NCBI GenBank assembly: GCA_018396995.1
Contig: JAGTQB010000005.1
Span: 15,198 to 79,197 of the forward strand
DNA: 64,000 nt
Source of the DNA: Candidatus Bathyarchaeota archaeon
GTDB lineage: Archaea > Thermoproteota > Bathyarchaeia > Bathyarchaeales > DTEX01
Direction of reading: 5' to 3'
How positions within the stretch are numbered: position 1 is the first letter of the stretch; every line of letters starts with the position of its first letter. Of the stretch, positions 1 to 9,451 are shown piece after piece. Under the pieces are notes generated by a model that saw nothing but the letters and a program-made list of their open reading frames with translations, ran no database searches and was not told the DNA's origin. A program made the position numbers and the translations under genes.

Positions 1-204
1 AAGGAGAATAATTATTTGCCCATCATCTCCCATAGGTCTGGTGAGACAACCTCCCTCCATATCGCGCATCTAGCTGTTGGGCTTGGATGCCCCATAATAA
101 AGGCGGGGGTTGTTGGAGGAGAGCGTTTGGCGAAGATAAATGAGCTAATATATATTGAGGAGATATTAGGTGATAGGGCGAGAATGGCTAAGCTAAGAAT
201 TTAG
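1..204 (+). CDS. eno: Enolase, C-terminal fragment (gene starts upstream of window)
   Basis: The frame is open from base 1. The peptide [22 protein letters not shown]...[16 protein letters not shown] carries the SHRSGET enolase signature near the C-terminus. Confidence 0.8.
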   Translation, partial: KENNYLPIISHRSGETTSLHIAHLAVGLGCPIIKAGVVGGERLAKINELIYIEEILGDRARMAKLRI

Positions 205-219
205 TGGGGTGATTTATGT

Positions 220-873
220 ATGTCAAAGGAGAATCCTGAGGGAGAGGCGATAGCCGCCGAGGAGCTACTGCTCCCACAGGATATATTCCTATCATTCGGT
301 ATGCATATTGGAACGAAGATTAAGACCAGGGATATGGAGCCCTTCATATACAAGGTTAGGCCAGACGGCCTTTACGTCTTAGACATAAGGAAGATTGATG
401 AACGCATAAGGATTGCAGCTAAGTTCCTCAGTAGATTCGAACCCCCAAAGATTGTGGCAACAGCTGTTAGGCTTTATGCTAAGGAGCCTGTTACAAAGTT
501 CTGCGAGGTGACGAGGGCAACGCCGGTGATAGGACGCTTCCCACCAGGATTATTCTTAAACCCAATGTATCCTGGGAGGATTGAGCCCGGGGTTGTGCTC
601 GTCTCTGATCCCAGAGCTGACTCCCAGGCGATTAGGGAGGCTACTCAGATAGGTGTTCCAGTAGTTGCCCTATGCAGCACCGATAACGATTTCACAAACA
701 TAGACCTAATTATACCAACGAATAATAAGGGTAGGAAGGCGCTGGCAGCTGTATACTGGCTTCTGGCGAGGCAGATTCTAAGGGAGAGGGGTGAGATTAT
801 GCCAAACGCAGACCTCCCAATACCAGTTGAGGATTTTGAGGTTAAGCTAGCTGAAAAGGCCCAGCAGGAGTAG
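220..873 (+). CDS. rps2: 30S ribosomal protein uS2
   Basis: 217 aa with the archaeal S2 pattern (FGMHIGT..., VLVSDPRADSQAIREA, IPTNNKGRKALA). The eno-rps2 adjacency is typical of archaea. Confidence 0.9.
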   Translation: MSKENPEGEAIAAEELLLPQDIFLSFGMHIGTKIKTRDMEPFIYKVRPDGLYVLDIRKIDERIRIAAKFLSRFEPPKIVATAVRLYAKEPVTKFCEVTRATPVIGRFPPGLFLNPMYPGRIEPGVVLVSDPRADSQAIREATQIGVPVVALCSTDNDFTNIDLIIPTNNKGRKALAAVYWLLARQILRERGEIMPNADLPIPVEDFEVKLAEKAQQE

Positions 874-949
874 CGGGCGCCTAAGCCTTCATCCAAAGTA
901 TTAAGGTTAATGTTTTATTCTTGTATGGGATACTTTATCCTGTAATGCT

Positions 950-1816
950 GTGTGGGGTGCCCCTTTATTGAAGATTAGATATGCTAGATATGCTGGGAGC
1001 TTCTACGCTGGCACTAGGGAGTCTCTTAGGAGGCAGATTGAGGAGTGCTTTCTGCATAGGTTTGGTCCTGGAAGCCTCCCAGTCCTGAAGGAGACTGGTG
1101 AGAGGAGGATTATTGGCTTCGTCTGCCCACATGCCGGCTACATGTACTCTGGGCCTGTTGCCGCAAACGCGTATTATAGGCTATCTCAGGATGGGAGGGT
1201 GGACGTATTTGTTATATTGGGGCCGAACCATCAGGGGATTGGGAGCGGTGTTGCCCTTATGGATAGGGGTGTCTGGCGCACACCCCTTGGGGATGCTGAG
1301 GTAGATGAGGAGACTGCCAGGGAGATACTCCGCCACTCAACAATAATTGATGTTGATGACTCAGCGCACGCCTATGAACACTCGATAGAGGTTCAGATCC
1401 CCTTCCTACAGTATATTTACGGCGGCTCAATAAAGTTCATCCCAATATGCTTCCTAATGCAGGATCTGGAGACCGCTAGGGAGGTTGGTCAAGCCCTGGC
1501 TGAGGCCCTTAGGAATAAAAATGCCGTTATAATAGCGTCCTCGGATTGGACCCACTATGAGCCCCATAGGATCGCTTATGAGAAGGATAATGCGGCGATA
1601 AGCGCCGTCCTGAAGCTTGACGAACGGCTCTTTTACTCAATTTTAGAGTCTAGGCGTGTGACGGCATGTGGATTCGGCCCCGTTGCAGCCCTCATAACTG
1701 CGGCTAAGGATTTAGGTGCCAGTGGAGCTGAGCTGCTGAGCTATAAGACTAGTGGGGACATAACTGGCGATACATCAGCCGTTGTTGGCTATGCAGCCAT
1801 ATCAATATTTAGGTGA
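950..1816 (+). CDS. MEMO1-family protein (AmmeMemoRadiSam system protein B)
   Basis: 288 aa. RYARYAGSFY at the N-terminus, CPHAGYMYSG, HSIEVQIPFLQ and SSDWTHY match MEMO/extradiol-dioxygenase-like family motifs. The exact start is uncertain. Confidence 0.75.
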   Translation: MWGAPLLKIRYARYAGSFYAGTRESLRRQIEECFLHRFGPGSLPVLKETGERRIIGFVCPHAGYMYSGPVAANAYYRLSQDGRVDVFVILGPNHQGIGSGVALMDRGVWRTPLGDAEVDEETAREILRHSTIIDVDDSAHAYEHSIEVQIPFLQYIYGGSIKFIPICFLMQDLETAREVGQALAEALRNKNAVIIASSDWTHYEPHRIAYEKDNAAISAVLKLDERLFYSILESRRVTACGFGPVAALITAAKDLGASGAELLSYKTSGDITGDTSAVVGYAAISIFR

Positions 1817-1825
1817 AGGCTTGGG

Positions 1826-2809
1826 TTGAGGGGGCTTTCAAGGGCATCAGCTCCGGCTAAGGTAATCTTATTTGGGGAGCACTTCGTCGTCTACGATAAG
1901 CTAGCTGTAGTCATGGCTGTAGATTTAAGGGCGCATGTATCAGTTAAGCCTAGGATGGACAATAAGATAATTGTAGAGTCTATTGGGATGGGGCTCCAGG
2001 GGGAGTTCACTTTAGATGGCGTATATAAGCCGATTATTGGCGAATTCGGCGAGGATAAGCTTAGGCCAATATACGTGGCTGCTAAGAGGGTTTTAGACTT
2101 AGCTGGGGAGAGCATTGGCCTAAATATAACGGTTGACTCACGAATACCAGTGGCCTCAGGCCTAGGCTCCTCTGCAGCAGTACTCGTCGCTACGACAGCT
2201 GCTGTAGGCAGTCTCCTGGAAATGAATCTATGTAGGGACGACATCTTTAGGCTGGCCTTAGAGGCGGAGAAGATTATTCATGAGAAGCCCTCCGGCGTCG
2301 ACCCAGCTATATCCACTTACGGCGGACTAATAGCCTATAGTAGGAGCGGGGGTGTTATGATGCTGGAGGCGGCTGCCAATCTCCCACTGGTCATCGGAGA
2401 TACACGTATAAAACGTGATACCAGGGAGATGATACACCGTGTCAGCGAGCTTAGGAGGCTATACCCAGAGATTTTTAAGGGGCTTATGGACGCTGGGGAT
2501 AGGGTTGCTAGGCTCGCTGTTGAGGCCATTAGGGCTGGAGATTTAAGGGCCCTTGGACACCTAATGAACATTAATCACGCGCTGCTATACGCTATTGGCG
2601 TCTCAAACACAGCTATCGAGTCCCTCCTCTGGGCCGCTAGGAGGGCTGGTGCGTTGGGGGCGAAGATCACTGGAGCTGGCGGTGGGGGATGCATTGTGGC
2701 GCTATCGATGCCGGAGGATAGGCGGCGCATCGCGGAGGCCATTAGGGTTACCGGCGGAGAACCCCTCATCGCAGATATCGCCCATGAGGGTGTTAGGATT
2801 GAGGAGTGA
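1826..2809 (+). CDS. mvk: Mevalonate kinase
   Basis: GHMP-kinase motifs are present: APAKVILFGEHFVVY, PVASGLGSSAA and KITGAGGGGC. Confidence 0.9.
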   Translation: MRGLSRASAPAKVILFGEHFVVYDKLAVVMAVDLRAHVSVKPRMDNKIIVESIGMGLQGEFTLDGVYKPIIGEFGEDKLRPIYVAAKRVLDLAGESIGLNITVDSRIPVASGLGSSAAVLVATTAAVGSLLEMNLCRDDIFRLALEAEKIIHEKPSGVDPAISTYGGLIAYSRSGGVMMLEAAANLPLVIGDTRIKRDTREMIHRVSELRRLYPEIFKGLMDAGDRVARLAVEAIRAGDLRALGHLMNINHALLYAIGVSNTAIESLLWAARRAGALGAKITGAGGGGCIVALSMPEDRRRIAEAIRVTGGEPLIADIAHEGVRIEE

Positions 2810-3602
2810 GCTTACGGTCCTTAAGCTGGGCGGCTCAGTTATAACTTTTAAGGATAAGCCGTTAACGCCGAATATGCCCGCTATAAGGCGCCTAGCCCAT
2901 GAGATATCAGCATCACAATCACATCCACTCATAATTATTCATGGGGGCGGGAGCTTTGGGCATCCGCTGGCAGCCGAGTACAACATTGCCGGGGGCCTTA
3001 AGAGTCGGGGGCAGATGATAGGCTTCTCAAAGACACATAACTCGATGGTTAAGCTGAATATGCTTGTTACAGAGGCGCTATTAGATGAGGGGGTTCCAGC
3101 AATAGGGTTCGCCCCATCATCCTTCATCGCCACCAGGAGGGGTAAAATAATAGACCTGCATACAGGACTCTTAATCCACGCCATTAAGCTTGGTTTCACG
3201 CCAGTCCTCTACGGTGACACTGTCTTAGACTACGAGCAGGGCTTAGCGGTCCTCTCAGGAGACCAGATAGCGGCGAGACTCGCCGTGGAATTAAATGCTA
3301 GAAAAATTATTTTTGGGGTTGACGTTGATGGCTTATATACATGTGATCCAAAGGTTAACCCAAACGCAAAGCTCCTCAGGGATCTAACCCTCAACGAGCT
3401 TGAGGGGGCTATTGCTTTAGCTGGCGGGTCTAGGGCAGTCGATGTAACTGGGGGCATGCTCGGAAAGATAATGGAGTTAATAGAGCCGGTCTCCAGGGGG
3501 GTCGAGGCTCTAATCATAAATGCTTTAAGGGAAGATAGCGTTTATAGGGCATTAAGGGGAGAAGAGGTCATTGGGACAAGGATCGTTAAGGATAGAGGAT
3601 AG
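2784..3602 (+). CDS. ipk: Isopentenyl phosphate kinase
   Basis: Amino-acid-kinase fold signature LTVLKLGGSVITFK and IIIHGGGSFGH. I place the start at ATG 2784, because the long 2595 extension in the ORF track overlaps mvk and looks non-coding. Confidence 0.8.
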   Translation: MRVLGLRSELTVLKLGGSVITFKDKPLTPNMPAIRRLAHEISASQSHPLIIIHGGGSFGHPLAAEYNIAGGLKSRGQMIGFSKTHNSMVKLNMLVTEALLDEGVPAIGFAPSSFIATRRGKIIDLHTGLLIHAIKLGFTPVLYGDTVLDYEQGLAVLSGDQIAARLAVELNARKIIFGVDVDGLYTCDPKVNPNAKLLRDLTLNELEGAIALAGGSRAVDVTGGMLGKIMELIEPVSRGVEALIINALREDSVYRALRGEEVIGTRIVKDRG

Positions 3603-4704
3603 GAAGAATGATCATATAAGGATATGCGTTGAATGCGATGTTGGGGCTAAAAAGATTTCAACTGGCTTCGAGGATGTCTACCTCATCCATAAAGCCCTCC
3701 CTGAAATCAATTTAAGTGATGTTAGGACCGAGACTGTTTTCCTCAACCACAGGTTCTCTGCGCCAATAATTGTTGAGGCTATGACTGGCGGAACCGATAA
3801 GGCTCTTGAGATAAACGCTGCCATCGCTGAGGCAGTTGAGGAGCTGGGGCTTGGCATGGGAGTTGGGAGCCAGAGGGCTGCAATAGAGAGACCGAACCTA
3901 GAGCGGACATATAGAATCGCTAGGGAGAAGGCTCCAAACGCCTTCATAGTAGCTAATATTGGTGGAGCCCAGCTTGTAACCGGATACGACCTTAAAGAGA
4001 TTAAATTGATAACTGATATGATTGGGGCGGATGCCCTAGCAATTCATCTAAACCCCCTCCAAGAAGCTATTCAACCGGAGGGCGAGGCTATATACGCTGG
4101 GATAATACGTAGGATAGGTGAGATAGCCAGTAGAATCGACTTGCCGGTAATAGTTAAGGAGACTGGCTGCGGCTTCTCATGCGAGGTTGCCAAGATGCTT
4201 GAGCGGGCCGGTGTATCATGTATCGACGTCGCCGGGGCTGGTGGAACGAGCTGGGCTGCTGTAGAATATTATAGGGCGGTTGAGCATGGGGACCTGCGCG
4301 GACAGGATCTAGGTTCACTATTATGGGATTGGGGGATACCAACAGTGGTCAGTTTAGTCGAAGTTGTCCACTCGGTTAAGGTTCCCGTCATAGCTTCTGG
4401 CGGGGTTAGGTCTGGGCTTGACATAGCTAAGGCGATTGCATTGGGAGCATCGATGGCTGGGCTGGCACGCCCGGTTCTAATGGCGGCTATTAGAGGCAGT
4501 GAGGAGACGAGGCGTCTCCTAGACTCCCTGATCAATCAGCTTAGATGCATTATGTTCCTGGTCGGGTCTAAGTCCATTGAAACCTTAAAGAGGATTCCAC
4601 TAGTCATAGTTGGTAGGACTGCTGAGTGGCTTAGAGCTAGAGGCTTTAACCCGGATATGCTTTATGCTAGGAGGGGTGCTCCGGAATGGACATGCCTGAT
4701 ATAG
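3571..4704 (+). CDS. fni: Isopentenyl-diphosphate delta-isomerase, type 2 (FMN-dependent)
   Basis: RKNDHIRIC near the N-terminus, a TIM-barrel FMN motif (VIVKETGCG, ASGGVRSGLDIAKA), and a TTG start overlapping the ipk end. Confidence 0.9.
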   Translation: MGQGSLRIEDRKNDHIRICVECDVGAKKISTGFEDVYLIHKALPEINLSDVRTETVFLNHRFSAPIIVEAMTGGTDKALEINAAIAEAVEELGLGMGVGSQRAAIERPNLERTYRIAREKAPNAFIVANIGGAQLVTGYDLKEIKLITDMIGADALAIHLNPLQEAIQPEGEAIYAGIIRRIGEIASRIDLPVIVKETGCGFSCEVAKMLERAGVSCIDVAGAGGTSWAAVEYYRAVEHGDLRGQDLGSLLWDWGIPTVVSLVEVVHSVKVPVIASGGVRSGLDIAKAIALGASMAGLARPVLMAAIRGSEETRRLLDSLINQLRCIMFLVGSKSIETLKRIPLVIVGRTAEWLRARGFNPDMLYARRGAPEWTCLI

Positions 4705-5768
4705 AGGCTCTATTAGAGGAGACGGCTAGGAAGGTTGACGCCCGCATAGAAAAATATATTCCAAGAATATTCTCTGAGGGCTCCATCCTATTCAAGGTTC
4801 TCAAGCCAGATTACCGCATAGACCTAAATGCGCTTAACAGGGCCATCAGTGAACCTATGTGGGAGTTTCTTGATAGGGGTGGTAAGAGGTGGCGCCCGGC
4901 GCTGTTCCTGCTATTATATGAGGCTTTAGGCGGAAGATCCATGGATGATGCCCTAGACTTCGCCATAATCCCAGAGGTTATACACAATGGCACTCTGATA
5001 GCAGACGACATTGAGGATTCATCTGAGATGAGGAGGGGGAAGCCATGCACATACAGGATCTACGGCATGGACATAGCCATAAACCTATCTCAAGCAATGT
5101 ACTTCCTTCCAATGATCGTCTTAAGCGATAAGCGGGATAAGATCCCAGCAGAGGTTGCTAGGAAACTATATGAGGTTTATGTCCAAGAGATGACTAAGCT
5201 CAGCCTCGGCCAAGCAATTGACATAGCGTGGCACAGAGGCCTAGTCCCAGCATTCCTCCTGAGCGAGGAGCATTACCTACAGATGTGCGCTTATAAGACT
5301 GGGACCCTGGCTAGGATGTCGGCCAAAATGGCGGCTATTTTAGCTGGGCTGGATGGCGACGCAGTTGAAAGGTTTGGAAAGTTTGCAGAATCGATCGGGG
5401 TGGCCTTCCAGATACAGGATGACATACTTGACATAACTGGTGAAGAGTTTGCTAGGGGTAAGGGGGGTCTCGGCATGGATATAACTGAGGGTAAGATAAC
5501 CCTAATGGTGATATATACGCTTAGAAGGGCTAGTGAGGAGGATAGAGGGGAGCTTCTGAGGATACTTGGAATGCACACTAGGGACGAATCCCTTAAGATG
5601 AGGGCAATTGGGATAATGCGTAAATATGGCGCCGTGGAGTACGCTAAAAGCGTTGCCTCGAAGCTAATTGAGGAGGGTTGGCGGGGCATTGAGGGGATGA
5701 TACCGGAGGGTGAGGCCAAGAGAAAAGTTAAGATGTTTGCAGAGTATCTTATTCAAAGGAGAATATAG
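4686..5768 (+). CDS. Geranylgeranyl diphosphate synthase (trans-polyprenyl synthase)
   Basis: Both aspartate-rich motifs are present: LIADDIEDSSEMRRGK and FQIQDDILD. It overlaps the fni stop. Confidence 0.85.
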   Translation: MDMPDIEALLEETARKVDARIEKYIPRIFSEGSILFKVLKPDYRIDLNALNRAISEPMWEFLDRGGKRWRPALFLLLYEALGGRSMDDALDFAIIPEVIHNGTLIADDIEDSSEMRRGKPCTYRIYGMDIAINLSQAMYFLPMIVLSDKRDKIPAEVARKLYEVYVQEMTKLSLGQAIDIAWHRGLVPAFLLSEEHYLQMCAYKTGTLARMSAKMAAILAGLDGDAVERFGKFAESIGVAFQIQDDILDITGEEFARGKGGLGMDITEGKITLMVIYTLRRASEEDRGELLRILGMHTRDESLKMRAIGIMRKYGAVEYAKSVASKLIEEGWRGIEGMIPEGEAKRKVKMFAEYLIQRRI

Positions 5769-5787
5769 TGGCGTAGAGGCTCCTAAC

Positions 5788-7560
5788 TTGAGCTCTACCA
5801 CAATAGACCTGAACAGCATTAGGGAACTTGCTAGGAAGATAGCCCTCTTAAACGCGGTCTCGTATGGTGGGAGGGCTCAGAGCAAGCCAGTTCTAGGGAA
5901 GATCCTCGGCGAGAAGCCCGACCTAAAGCCCATAGCCAAGTCTGTTGCCGCCATTGTTGAGGAGATTGTTCAAGAAGTGAACAGCTTATCGCAGGGTGAG
6001 CAGATAAGTCTCTTAAAGTCTCTCTGGCCTGAAGCCCTGGCTGAGGTGGAGACTAAGGCTAGGGGGGAGAAGGCTAGGGGGAGGGAGCTGCCACCACTAC
6101 CGAATGTGGAGAGGTATGGGCGGGTTGTCACAAGGTTTGCTCCAAACCCAGACTGCGTCCTCCATATCGGCTCAGCTAGGGCAATAGTGCTCTGCTATGA
6201 ATATGCCAGAATGTATAAGGGTAAGTTTATCCTAAGGTTCGAGGACACAGACCCGAGGTTGAAGAGGTCCTCGATAGAGTTTATGGATCTCATCAGAAAG
6301 GATCTTGAGTGGCTCGGCTGCCCGCCAGACGAGGAGTATATTCAGAGCGATAGAATAGAAATCTACTATGAATATGCTGAGAAGCTCCTCTCGGAAGGCT
6401 ACGCCTACGTCTGCACATGTAAGCCAGACCAATTTCATGCGAGGGTGATGGCTGGTGAACCATGCCCATGCAGAGCTCTCCCACCGGAAGAGCATTTGCG
6501 TAGGTGGGAGGGGATGCTTGAGAAGGTTTATGGCGAGGGGGAGGCTGTTGTACGCATAAAGACGGACTTAAAGCATCCAAACCCCGCTGTTAGGGATTGG
6601 CCTGCCTTCAGAATAATAGACACGGAAAGGTACCCTCACCCAAGGGTTGGCTCAAAGTATAGGGTTTGGCCATTATACAACTTTGCATGCGGCGTAGATG
6701 ATCACCTAATGGGTATAACGCATATTATACGCGGGAAGGAGCACCTAACCAACCAGGAGAGGCAGATATATCTTTACCGATACATGGGCTGGGAGTATCC
6801 GGAGGCAATACATTATGGTAGGCTTAAGATTGTTGGGGCGTCGCTTAGCAAGTCTAAGATTGTGCGCGGTGTCCTTGAGGGTTTATATGCCGGCTGGGAC
6901 GACCCGCGCCTAGCAACATTCCTAGCCCTCAAGCGAAGGGGGATTAGGCCGGAAGCCATAAAGAGACTTATATTGGAGATTGGCCCCAGGCCGGCGGATA
7001 TAACGATAAGCTGGGAGAACTTATACGCCCACAATAGGAAGATAATAGATCCAATAGCCAACAGGTTCTTCTTGGTCTGGGATCCGGTGAGGTTCACAGT
7101 TGAGGGTCTCTCGAAGGAGTTCACGGTGAGGGTCCCATTACACCCAGATCACCCGGAGAGGGGTGGGAGAACCTTCCATATTAAGCCAATTAATGGCGCC
7201 GCCACATTCCTAATTTCAGGAAGGGATGCTGAGCAGCTAACCCCTGGAATGGTTGTGCGCCTAATGGAGCTATTTAATGTTGAGGTTAAGGCTATAAATA
7301 AAGGCCATGTACACACAGTCTTCCACAGCGAGCCGTATAGTGAGGCTAGGAGGCTTAATGCAACATTGATACATTGGCTCCCAGAGGATCGCTGCATTCC
7401 ATGTAGGGTTATAATGCCCAACAACACCGCAGTTAGCGGGTTTGTTGAGGAGTCGATAAGGATTGCTAAGGTTGACGATGTGGTGCAGTTTGAGCGCTTC
7501 GGCTTCGCCAGAATAGACAGCATAGGCGAGGAAATAATAGCCTACTACGCCCACAAATGA
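5788..7560 (+). CDS. gltX: Glutamyl-tRNA synthetase
   Basis: Class I signatures FAPNPDCVLHIGSAR (HIGH) and LSKSK (KMSKS-like). The likely start is TTG 5788, just after the GGPPS stop; the start is approximate. Confidence 0.9.
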   Translation: MSSTTIDLNSIRELARKIALLNAVSYGGRAQSKPVLGKILGEKPDLKPIAKSVAAIVEEIVQEVNSLSQGEQISLLKSLWPEALAEVETKARGEKARGRELPPLPNVERYGRVVTRFAPNPDCVLHIGSARAIVLCYEYARMYKGKFILRFEDTDPRLKRSSIEFMDLIRKDLEWLGCPPDEEYIQSDRIEIYYEYAEKLLSEGYAYVCTCKPDQFHARVMAGEPCPCRALPPEEHLRRWEGMLEKVYGEGEAVVRIKTDLKHPNPAVRDWPAFRIIDTERYPHPRVGSKYRVWPLYNFACGVDDHLMGITHIIRGKEHLTNQERQIYLYRYMGWEYPEAIHYGRLKIVGASLSKSKIVRGVLEGLYAGWDDPRLATFLALKRRGIRPEAIKRLILEIGPRPADITISWENLYAHNRKIIDPIANRFFLVWDPVRFTVEGLSKEFTVRVPLHPDHPERGGRTFHIKPINGAATFLISGRDAEQLTPGMVVRLMELFNVEVKAINKGHVHTVFHSEPYSEARRLNATLIHWLPEDRCIPCRVIMPNNTAVSGFVEESIRIAKVDDVVQFERFGFARIDSIGEEIIAYYAHK

Positions 7561-7569
7561 AAAACCTAA

Positions 7570-8240
7570 AAGTTTTCATTTTTCCATCGCTGTAACAGGT
7601 TCTGAATTAAGCAGGAATACATAGTGAATTGTTACTTTTATTCCTATTAACTCTTCCCTCTCGATTAGCTCATTGAGGGCTTTCGGGGTGAACCCAGATC
7701 CCTACATCTTGAGTATGTTTACACATGCCACAAAGTGTTTATCTGCTCTAAAGTCTTGGGTTTTCCTATAAGGAAGTGTTGCGACTTTGCGGTTTTACGC
7801 TTCATGTAATGCTTCCTTGTAGCATTGTAACTTAGATCTTTAAGATCCTCAAAGTTAGGGATCAACTTATCCTCTGCCAGCCCCCTAATAAGATTCGTAG
7901 TTATCTTATGAAGTATATCGTTCACCCTTCTCTTTTCACGTTTAGAGTATTTCTGCATAAGTTTCTCAAAAGTTTTGGGCTTATATTTTGCCAATTTTTG
8001 AATCACTCTCCTTTTCTTGAAGTAATGAACCCTTATATCGTAAAGCTTTCTGAGGTCTAGTTTCTGATGCTCCAAAGAGTTACCCTTAATCTTTAGATGC
8101 ATAACCCTCTGCCTTCTTCTCTTCAACTTCCTTCTTGAAAACCACTACGACCCTGTCCTCTAGAAGCGTTATCCCCCCAACTTTGAGCTCGTTATTTTTC
8201 CAAGCTTCAACGAATTTTTCTTTGATAAGAACCAACTACT
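7570..8240 (-). pseudogene. IS200/IS605-family TnpB (OrfB) relic
   Basis: The minus-strand translation gives LIKEKFVEAWKNNELKVGGITLLEDRVVVVFKKEV. After frame breaks comes the 135-aa ORF with ...KREKRRVNDILHKITTNLIR...IPNFEDLKDL (TnpB central region). There is no intact RuvC or zinc finger and no tnpA. Confidence 0.6.
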
Positions 8241-8505
8241 AACGGAATCTCTATCTAGCGATATGGCTTAGTTGTTATGACTATGTTTAGCCACATCTGG
8301 GTTTAACCAATTGCTCCATTAATCCCACATATCTAAATAAACATGTAAATTATTGTAACCTATCTACTCTAAAACTGCTAATAACGGCTAGCATATTTTT
8401 TACTGATGTTTTGCGGGGCTCGATTAAGGTAGCAATGTTTATGTGGAGTCATTAAGTTGAGGAAATATGCGGGAATGAAGTAAACATGTAATATGGGGGA
8501 TTTCT

Positions 8506-9252
8506 TTGATAAAATTTGAGTCTAAGTCTAATAAAATATTGGAAGTCGATGAGGACCACATCGTTGTTTTTGATGACTTTAGGAACGTTAGTCTAAAGGA
8601 GGAAGCGGACTTAATATTTGCTGATCCCCCCTTCGGGATAAATTTTAGGGGTAATCACCTTACATATCACAGAACTCCAGACGCATTATCCTATGTTGAA
8701 GTGCCCAGAGAAGAGTATCCTAGATTCATTAGGGAGCTTGTTGAATGGTGCTATAAGGCTTTAAAGCCAACTGGAAGCATGTGGCTTTTGTCAGGCTGGA
8801 ATAACCTAAGACACGTTTTAGATGCTGTTGAAGATGTTGGCTTCATACAATTGAACCATATTATTTGGAAATATCAGTTTGGAGTATTTACTAGGAGGAG
8901 GTTCGTCACATCGCATTATCACCTACTCCTTTTAGTCAAAGACAAGAAAAATTACACGTTTAACAAGCCTGAGCATTATCCGGAAGACGTCTGGATAATT
9001 AAGAGAACATACCATCATAATGAGGAGACGGCGGGGAATGAGTTACCGGACAACCTCGTTGAAAGGTGCATTATCACATCATCTAATCCAGGAGACCTGG
9101 TAGTAGATCCAGTTTTAGGCTCTGGAACCACCATGCGAGTCTGCTTAAGACTTAACAGGAGATGTTTAGGTATAGAGATAAACTCTCTTTTAGAAAAGAG
9201 GATAAGGGAGAAGCTTAGGGTTTGGCTTGAACAGAAGTGTATGATCGATTGA
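8506..9252 (+). CDS. DNA methyltransferase, beta-class (N6-adenine or N4-cytosine), no cognate nuclease seen
   Basis: The catalytic motif IV FADPPFG precedes the SAM motif I VVDPVLGSGTT, which is the beta-class permutation. TTG start. The region looks AT-richer than its flanks by eye. Confidence 0.8.
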   Translation: MIKFESKSNKILEVDEDHIVVFDDFRNVSLKEEADLIFADPPFGINFRGNHLTYHRTPDALSYVEVPREEYPRFIRELVEWCYKALKPTGSMWLLSGWNNLRHVLDAVEDVGFIQLNHIIWKYQFGVFTRRRFVTSHYHLLLLVKDKKNYTFNKPEHYPEDVWIIKRTYHHNEETAGNELPDNLVERCIITSSNPGDLVVDPVLGSGTTMRVCLRLNRRCLGIEINSLLEKRIREKLRVWLEQKCMID

Positions 9253-9420
9253 ATCTCAAAAGCCGTGGAGGCGGGTGGAGAATCTACTTATCATCTAAAA
9301 TAAGTATCAATATGCCCGCAGAATGCGTAGAGAATCTCAAAAGGTTGAGAATTAGATGTTATGCTGGGAACCGTAAGGTATATAGGGGGAAACTGATTCT
9401 TCTAAGGTTTAATGGTGAAA

Positions 9421-9451
9421 CTGATTTCCCTGAGAATGAGGTTGATGATGT
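9421..9451 (+). promoter_or_regulatory. Box D / box C-like (K-turn or K-loop) cluster in the L7Ae leader
   Basis: CUGA (9421-9424), CUGA (9430-9433), AUGAGG (9436-9441) and UGAUGA (9443-9448) lie immediately 5' of the L7Ae ATG at 9452. Confidence 0.3.

Noticed and set aside
434-446. GATTCGAACCCCC, whose reverse complement GGGGGTTCGAATC looks like a tRNA T-arm.
   Set aside because: It sits in frame inside rps2, and no acceptor, D or anticodon arm can be built around it.
2595-2783. A 5' extension of the ipk ORF, starting inside mvk.
   Set aside because: The extension (MASQTQLSSPSSGPLGG...) has no kinase similarity and overlaps the well-supported mvk frame. The family-typical N-terminus LTVLKLGGS follows the ATG at 2784.
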